This document shows, one piece after another, positions 25,488 to 32,000 of a stretch of DNA of 32,000 bases. The notes under the pieces were generated by a model. That model made no database searches. It worked only from the letters and a program-made list of their open reading frames with translations, and was not told where the DNA came from. How positions within the stretch are numbered: the first letter of the stretch is position 1; every line of letters starts with the position of its first letter. The stretch is from Coprobacillaceae bacterium (GTDB lineage Bacteria; Bacillota_I; Bacilli_A; Erysipelotrichales; Coprobacillaceae). The stretch spans positions 390,001-422,000 of the forward strand of contig OY776328.1 of the NCBI GenBank assembly GCA_963675515.1, in the 5' to 3' direction. Made by a program: the position numbers and the translations under genes.

Positions 25488-25517
25488 ATTCTAATCGTGT
25501 GATATGTGGTTTGTCAA
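25488..25517 (-). promoter_or_regulatory. bipartite repeat copy B; reads as TTGACA-N18-TAGAAT on the minus strand
   Basis: Plus strand: ATTCTAATC (25488-25496), 13 nt, TTTGTCAA (25510-25517). Same architecture as copy A, 119 nt away. Confidence 0.45.
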
Positions 25518-26001
25518 GATGTCAGACCGATATCCTGTATGAATTACGTTATTGACTTGATTGGACCTGCCAAAGACAAACGAAACGTTCATTTGTTTTG
25601 CATGATTCTATTTAGGCTGTGTTTTTAGCCGGTCATTGGAGTTGATTGTTGTTGCGGAGCTCATCATCAGATAAGACTTTAACGCCATTGCCATAAGGTC
25701 AATACCCGATGGTGATAACAACGAGTCGTTGTGGCAATCTTGCAATGGATTTCAGGCGATATGTTACTGTTATTGTATGTTCTTTGATAAAAAATGATAA
25801 AATTCAGATTTTCATTCGATGTTTTGTGTTTTTGGATGCCTTTACATTGGGCTGAGAGTGATAAAAATATTTGTAAGGGTTTATCAAATTGTGAATATTT
25901 GGCTGGATTTGCATCAAATTTAGGATATATATAACCATACAATCGAAAAAAGCGTGATTATGACAAGTTTAATAAAATTTTATTATTATGCAAATAAACT
26001 G

Positions 26002-26938
<937 letters not shown>

Positions 26939-26960
26939 TTTAACCAGGGGGAAATAATTT

Positions 26961-27284
26961 ATGTTAATGGTAAGAGCGATTGTAAGACCTGAAAAGGTGA
27001 CTGAAGTAATGACTGAATTGGCTGAAGCTGGTTATCCAGCTATCACCAAAATGGACGTATTCGGTCGCGGTAAACAAAGAGGTATCAAAGTTGGAGATTA
27101 CGTATATGATGAAATCCCAAAAGAAATGTTATTGGTTGTTTGTGATGACTTTGATAAAGACATCATTACTAAAATTGTCTTGAGAGCTGCAAAAACTGGA
27201 ACTGGAAACTTCGGAGACGGAAGAATTTTCATCTCTCCTGTTGAAGAATCATATGTAATCAGCACCGGATCAGCAAGTTTATAG
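26961..27284 (+). CDS. nifI1: PII-family nitrogenase regulator NifI1
   Basis: 107 aa PII fold (MVRAIVRPEK...FGRGKQRG...GDGRIFISPVEE). Position between nifH and nifD. Confidence 0.9.
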   Translation: MLMVRAIVRPEKVTEVMTELAEAGYPAITKMDVFGRGKQRGIKVGDYVYDEIPKEMLLVVCDDFDKDIITKIVLRAAKTGTGNFGDGRIFISPVEESYVISTGSASL

Positions 27285-27302
27285 TAGAAGGGGTGAATGC
27301 AG

Positions 27303-27683
27303 ATGAAAGAGATAATGGCATTTATCCGTCCAACAATGGTAAACGCAACTAAAAAAGCTTTGGAAGATGGTGGTTTTCCAGCTTTTAGTTGCCGACCATG
27401 TTTGGGACGTGGAAAGCAAAGAATAGACCCAGCACTTGTTGAATATGTGGCGAACAATGAAGAGCTCCCTGAGGATGCGAACGGTGATCTTGTCGGTATG
27501 GTGAGATTGCTGCCAAAAAGAGCTTTTTCTATAATTGTCAATGACGATCAAGTGAAAGAAGTGGTTGATGTTCTGATAAAAACGAATCAGACAGGTAAAA
27601 AAGGGGATGGAAAGATCTTCGTATTGCCAATAATGGAGGCCTACCGAGTTAGGGATGATGCCCAAACGGAAAATGCCTATTAA
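27303..27683 (+). CDS. nifI2: PII-family nitrogenase regulator NifI2 (extended T-loop)
   Basis: MKEIMAFIRP...GRGKQR, a long T-loop, then GDGKIFVLPIMEAYRVRD. An alternative in-frame ATG at 27297 exists. Confidence 0.88.
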   Translation: MKEIMAFIRPTMVNATKKALEDGGFPAFSCRPCLGRGKQRIDPALVEYVANNEELPEDANGDLVGMVRLLPKRAFSIIVNDDQVKEVVDVLIKTNQTGKKGDGKIFVLPIMEAYRVRDDAQTENAY

Positions 27684-27695
27684 GGAGGTTAAAGC

Positions 27696-29297
27696 ATGAA
27701 AGAAAGAGACGAAATACTAGACAAATACTCGAGTCGAGTGTTTAAAAATAGAAAAACTCATATCACCCAATTGGAAAAAGCGGATGATACGGTTGAAGAA
27801 ATCAATGCGAACACCCGGACAATTCCTGGGATCGCATCAGCCCGCGGTTGCTGCTATGCAGGAGCTAAAGGGGTAGTTATCGGACCGATCAAAGATGCGG
27901 TGACTATCACCCACGGTCCGATCGGATGTTCATATTATTCTTGGGGAACAAGAAGAAATAAGGCAAAACCATCATATGAAGGTGAAAACAACTTCATTCC
28001 TTATGCATTTTCAACAGACATGCGCCCATCGGATATCGTATTCGGTGGTGAAGCCAAGTTGGAAAAAGGGATTGATGAAATCATGGAAATGTTCAGTCCC
28101 AAAGCGATCTTCATCTGTTCGACTTGTCCAATCGGTCTGATCGGGGATGACGTTCAGGCGGTTGCCCGTCGTGTGGAAGCAAAATACGGGATCACTGCTA
28201 TCGGTTTCTCATGTGAAGGTTACAAAGGTGTATCTCAATCTTCAGGTCACCACATTGCCAACAATGGGATTATGAGACAAATTATCGGTAAAGGTGATAC
28301 TAAACCAAAAGGCAAATTCTCAGTAAACATTCTAGGTGAGTACAACATCGGTGGAGACGGATGGGAAGAAGAAAGAATCTTGAAAAAAATCGGATATGAA
28401 GTCGTTTCAGTATTTACTGGAGACGGAAGCTTCGAAACAATCAAGAACTCCCACTTGGCTGACCTGAACTTGGTTATGTGTCACCGTTCAATCAACTATG
28501 TTGCTGAAATGATGAAAACCAAATATGGTATCGACTGGATAAAAGTAAACTTTATCGGAGTTGGTGCTACTTGCAAGACTTTAAGAATGATGGCTGATTA
28601 CTTCGGTGATGAAGAACTGAAGAAAAGAACTGAAGAAGTCATCGCGGAAGAGCTGGATGTCATTTCTGATGATATGGCATACTACAAATCCAAATTGGAA
28701 GGTAAGACTGCCGGTATATTCGCAGGTGGATCCCGTGCCCATCATTACCAATTATTGTTGGAAGATTTAGGTGTTGAAACTGTGATCGCCGGGTACGAGT
28801 TTGCCCATCGTGATGACTATGAAGGTAGAGCGATAATTCCTTCGATCAAAGTTGATGCCGATAGCAAAAACATCGAAGAAATCAAGGTTTCTAAAGATGA
28901 AGAACTATACAAAGAAAAATATACTGAAGAACAAATTGCTCAATTGAAAGCTAAAGGTGTTGAACTGGATGACTACGAAGGTATGATGCCAGACATGTCT
29001 AAGGGCAGCATTGTTGTCGATGACTACAATATTTTTGAAACTGATGAACTGATCGCCCAAATGAAACCGGATATTTTCCTGTCAGGTATCAAAGACAAGT
29101 ACGCTATCCAAAAAGGTGGTACCATATCACGTCAGATCCACTCATACGACTATTCAGGTCCTTATGCAGGATTCAATGGTGCGGTTAAATTTGCTTCAGA
29201 TATCACAATGAGCGTTTACACAAATGCATGGAGCTTAGTGACTCCGCCTTGGAAGAATCAACCAATGCTTACAGGAACAGTTGGGGGGAATAAATAA
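27696..29297 (+). CDS. nifD: nitrogenase MoFe protein alpha chain NifD (with long anaerobe-type insertion)
   Basis: P-cluster Cys in RGCCYAG, HGPIGC and CSTCPIGLIGDD. Q181/H185 in SQSSGHHIAN. FeMo-co ligands C262 (MCHRSINY) and H482 (IHSYDYSGPY). No G-subunit gene between D and K. AAGGAGG RBS. Confidence 0.96.
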   Translation: MKERDEILDKYSSRVFKNRKTHITQLEKADDTVEEINANTRTIPGIASARGCCYAGAKGVVIGPIKDAVTITHGPIGCSYYSWGTRRNKAKPSYEGENNFIPYAFSTDMRPSDIVFGGEAKLEKGIDEIMEMFSPKAIFICSTCPIGLIGDDVQAVARRVEAKYGITAIGFSCEGYKGVSQSSGHHIANNGIMRQIIGKGDTKPKGKFSVNILGEYNIGGDGWEEERILKKIGYEVVSVFTGDGSFETIKNSHLADLNLVMCHRSINYVAEMMKTKYGIDWIKVNFIGVGATCKTLRMMADYFGDEELKKRTEEVIAEELDVISDDMAYYKSKLEGKTAGIFAGGSRAHHYQLLLEDLGVETVIAGYEFAHRDDYEGRAIIPSIKVDADSKNIEEIKVSKDEELYKEKYTEEQIAQLKAKGVELDDYEGMMPDMSKGSIVVDDYNIFETDELIAQMKPDIFLSGIKDKYAIQKGGTISRQIHSYDYSGPYAGFNGAVKFASDITMSVYTNAWSLVTPPWKNQPMLTGTVGGNK

Positions 29298-30670
29298 TGT
29301 TAGATCAAACACCAAAGAAAATAATGGAAGACAGACATGTCACCATCAACCCTTGTAAAACATGTGAACCTGTAGGTGCGATGTTTGCAGCATTAGGGGT
29401 AGAGAACTGTATGCCACACAGCCATGGATCACAAGGTTGCTGTTCATATCACCGTACAGTTCTGTCTCGCCATTTCAAAGAGCCAGCTATGGCTACTTCT
29501 TCATCATTTACTGAAGGTGCTTCAGTATTCGGGGGGAGAAGCAACCTGACGGCTTCGGTTAGAAATATCTTCGATATCTATAACCCGGAAATCATTGCCG
29601 TTCATACAACTTGTTTGTCAGAAACAATCGGGGACGACTTGGAAAACTACATCATGGACTTGGAAATCCCTGAAGGTAAGACTGTGCTTTATGCGAGTAC
29701 ACCTTCATATGAAGGATCTCAAATCCAAGGTTTCTCAAACATGCTGGTTGGTTTCATGAAATACATGACCAAAAAAGCTGACGTGAAAAACGGCAAAACT
29801 GCCATTTTCCCAGGATGGGTTAACCCAGGTGATGACCGCGAACTCAAAAGAATCGCGAACTTGATGGGTGTGAGCTATCTGTACTTCCCAGACCATGAAG
29901 GTGTCTTGGAAATGCCGATGAGCGGAAAATACGAATACTTCCCTGAAGGTGTTGGTACTCCAAGTGCCGATATCGCAGCTTTAGGTGGTGCCAACCAAGC
30001 TATCGCTATGGGGTATATCGCAAGTGCCGAACCTGCTGAGTATTTGGAAAAAAACCATAAGGTGCCATTCAACCTGATTCCGATGCCAGTAGGTGTTGGA
30101 TTGACTGATAAATACGTTATGGCTTTACGTGACATCTCTCATCAAGAAACACCGAAAGTGTTGGAAGATGAACGTGGACGTTTGGTGGATTTGATGTTGG
30201 ATTCACATGCTTATACATACAACAAGAAAGTTGCGATTTTCGGTGACCCTGATGTGGTTCATGGATTTACTTCACTGGCGCTGGAAATGGGAATGATTCC
30301 TAAATATGTGATCACAGGAACTCCTAAATCTTCTTTCGAAAAACAAATCAAAGAATTGTTCGACCAATACGGTGTTGATAGTTCAGAGTGTGTAATCAAA
30401 GCCGATACAGACTTGTTCTACTTGCACCAATTGATCAAAAACGAACCAGTTGATCTGTTATTGGGAAACTCATACGGTAAGCAAATTGCCAAAGCTGAAG
30501 ATATTCCATTTGTCAGAATGGGATTCCCGGTATTGGACCGTTATGGTGATTCAATTCAAGCAACTGTCGGATATGCTGGGGCGATCCGATATGTTGAAAA
30601 AATTCTGGACAAATTGATGGATAGAATGGACGAAGTTGCCGCAGACGAAGATTTCGAATTAGTAATGTAA
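29297..30670 (+). CDS. nifK: nitrogenase MoFe protein beta chain NifK (short N-terminus)
   Basis: P-cluster Cys in NPCKTCEP, HGSQGCCSY and HTTCLSETIGDD. 457 aa. TAATG overlap with nifD. Confidence 0.96.
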   Translation: MLDQTPKKIMEDRHVTINPCKTCEPVGAMFAALGVENCMPHSHGSQGCCSYHRTVLSRHFKEPAMATSSSFTEGASVFGGRSNLTASVRNIFDIYNPEIIAVHTTCLSETIGDDLENYIMDLEIPEGKTVLYASTPSYEGSQIQGFSNMLVGFMKYMTKKADVKNGKTAIFPGWVNPGDDRELKRIANLMGVSYLYFPDHEGVLEMPMSGKYEYFPEGVGTPSADIAALGGANQAIAMGYIASAEPAEYLEKNHKVPFNLIPMPVGVGLTDKYVMALRDISHQETPKVLEDERGRLVDLMLDSHAYTYNKKVAIFGDPDVVHGFTSLALEMGMIPKYVITGTPKSSFEKQIKELFDQYGVDSSECVIKADTDLFYLHQLIKNEPVDLLLGNSYGKQIAKAEDIPFVRMGFPVLDRYGDSIQATVGYAGAIRYVEKILDKLMDRMDEVAADEDFELVM

Positions 30671-30690
30671 TAATTATTGCTGTTGTTTGT

Positions 30691-30716
30691 AGCCGAAGAG
30701 ACAAAATTCTTCGGCT
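30691..30716 (+). other. intercistronic stem-loop between nifK and nifE
   Basis: AGCCGAAGAG / TTCTTCGGCT 10-bp stem (one G-U), 6-nt loop, no U-tract. Lies 20 nt after the nifK stop and 28 nt before the nifE ATG. Confidence 0.5.
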
Positions 30717-30744
30717 GCAAATTTATTAGAAGGAGGAATGCTCA

Positions 30745-32000
30745 ATGGTTAATACAATTAACAAAAATATCCTGGATGATCGTGAAAAGCATATAAAGAC
30801 AAAGCAGACTGGTGGCTGTGGCGGTGATGGAATGCACTGTGACACAAACTCTGTCTCTGGTTCGGTAAGCCAAAGAGCTTGCGTGTATTGTGGCGCAAGG
30901 GTTGTCTTGAATCCGATTACCGATGCCTATCATATCGTCCATGGACCTATTGGGTGTTCTAGTTATACATGGGATATCAGGGGAAGTCTTACCAGCGAGG
31001 AAGACATCTTCAGAAACAGTTTCTGCACGGATCTGCGGGAAACCGACATCATCTTCGGAGGAGCCGACAAGCTGGAAAAGGCAATTGACGAACTTTGTGA
31101 AAAACAAAGTCCCAAATTGGTGTTCGTTTACCAGACATGTATTGTCGGAGTCATCGGAGACGACGTTGAAGCGGTCTGCAAAAGAGCTGAAGAGAAGTTC
31201 CACATACCTGTCATACCAGTCAAATCACCAGGATTTTCTGGAAACAAGTCGACTGGATATAAAATGGCATGTAATGCCATCATGCAACTGCTGATGCCTT
31301 ACAAGGACATTCAAAAAGTCAAGGGTGTCAACATCCTGGGCGATTTCAACCTTGCGGGTGAAATGTGGATTATCAAAAATTACCTGGAAAAAATAGGGGT
31401 CAATGTAGTCTCTACGTTTACCGGTGATGCCAGTCATGACAACATGATTGAAGCTCCCGGGGCCACCTTAAATATAGTTCAATGTGCCGGTTCATCAACC
31501 TATCTGGCAAACAGAATGGAAGAAGAGTTTGGCATTCCTTTTATCAAGGTGAGTTTCTTTGGAATCGAGGACACGACCAACTCCCTGATCAGGATTGCTG
31601 AGGCTCTTGGAGATGAGAAGGCAAGAAGCAAAGCGGTCGAATTCTGTTCGACCGAAGGGAAGAAAGCCCAAGAGGCTATCGACAAATACCGCATGAACCT
31701 TGAAGGTAAAAAAGCGGCGATTTATGTAGGAGGTGGCTTCAAGGCCATCTCGCTGATCAAACAGTTCAATGCCGTGGGGATGGATACCGTACTTGTCGGC
31801 ACCCAGACCGGAAAAAAAGACGACTATGAAATGATCGAGAGTCTGGTCAACGATGACACGGTCATTCTCGATGACGCCAATCCGGCGGAACTCGAAGCGT
31901 TCATGATTGAAAAGAGCGCCGATATACTGGTTGGGGGAGTCAAAGAGCGGCCGCTGGCATACAAGCTGGGTGTCGCCTTCTGTGACCACAACCATGAAAG
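30745..32000 (+). CDS. nifE: nitrogenase FeMo-cofactor scaffold protein NifE (3' end beyond window)
   Basis: Not in the ORF track because there is no stop in the window. ATG 30745 follows AGGAGG. Translation MVNTINKNILDDREKHI...RACVYCGARVVLNPITDAYHIVHGPIGCSSYTWDIRGS...VFVYQTCIVGVIGDDVEAVC...NIVQCAGSSTYLA is NifD/E-fold with NifE-type Cys pattern. Open to position 32000. Confidence 0.9.
   Translation, partial: MVNTINKNILDDREKHIKTKQTGGCGGDGMHCDTNSVSGSVSQRACVYCGARVVLNPITDAYHIVHGPIGCSSYTWDIRGSLTSEEDIFRNSFCTDLRETDIIFGGADKLEKAIDELCEKQSPKLVFVYQTCIVGVIGDDVEAVCKRAEEKFHIPVIPVKSPGFSGNKSTGYKMACNAIMQLLMPYKDIQKVKGVNILGDFNLAGEMWIIKNYLEKIGVNVVSTFTGDASHDNMIEAPGATLNIVQCAGSSTYLANRMEEEFGIPFIKVSFFGIEDTTNSLIRIAEALGDEKARSKAVEFCSTEGKKAQEAIDKYRMNLEGKKAAIYVGGGFKAISLIKQFNAVGMDTVLVGTQTGKKDDYEMIESLVNDDTVILDDANPAELEAFMIEKSADILVGGVKERPLAYKLGVAFCDHNHE

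Noticed and set aside
25900-25913. Sigma-54-like sequence TGGCTGGATTTGCA upstream of nifH.
   Set aside because: The GG and GC dinucleotides are separated by 8 nt rather than the required 10. A near-consensus sigma-A promoter lies closer to nifH.
25679-25942. 87-aa minus-strand ORF in the nif upstream spacer.
   Set aside because: No RBS and an AT-rich sequence with a non-protein-like translation. It overlaps the probable nif regulatory region.
27696-30670. Possibility of an alternative (V- or Fe-only) nitrogenase.
   Set aside because: There is no delta (vnfG/anfG) gene between the D and K genes, which overlap by 1 nt. NifD motifs around the cofactor ligands look Mo-type.

Overview
32-kb chromosomal window with a moderate/low-GC Bacillota backbone that looks Bacilli- or Erysipelotrichia-like: Spx, a CYTH / NAD kinase / RluA-type pseudouridine synthase neighbourhood, DeoD, Alr, TrpRS, a SEDS protein, and Shine-Dalgarno plus TTGACA-N17-TATAAT signals throughout. 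No taxonomy can be proven without a database search. Content in order: (1) NfeD-SPFH pair and housekeeping genes, 1-7.6 kb. This stretch includes an orphan ABC ATPase with substituted catalytic motifs, next to a 0.8-kb ORF-poor stretch. (2) An 11-gene tRNA array (8.1-9.1 kb) with three identical tandem tRNA-Gly(TCC) copies and no rRNA. (3) Housekeeping block, 9.1-15.7 kb. (4) A complete Gram-positive-type type IV pilus locus, pilA | pilC-pilM-pilN-pilO-(small TM ORF)-pilB-pilT-pilD, 15.9-23.7 kb. (5) Two uncharacterised genes and a 0.9-kb ORF-free spacer. (6) An anaerobe-type Mo-nitrogenase operon nifH-nifI1-nifI2-nifD-nifK-nifE, running off the window end at 32000. The most interesting items are: the nitrogenase operon with a sigma-A-type promoter and a strongly distinct codon signature; the structured ORF-free spacer upstream of it, which carries two copies of a 30-nt bipartite promoter-like element; and the retraction-competent T4P locus. 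No CRISPR array, intact mobile element or recognisable defence system was seen. All functional calls rest on motif recognition by eye, since no homology search could be run.
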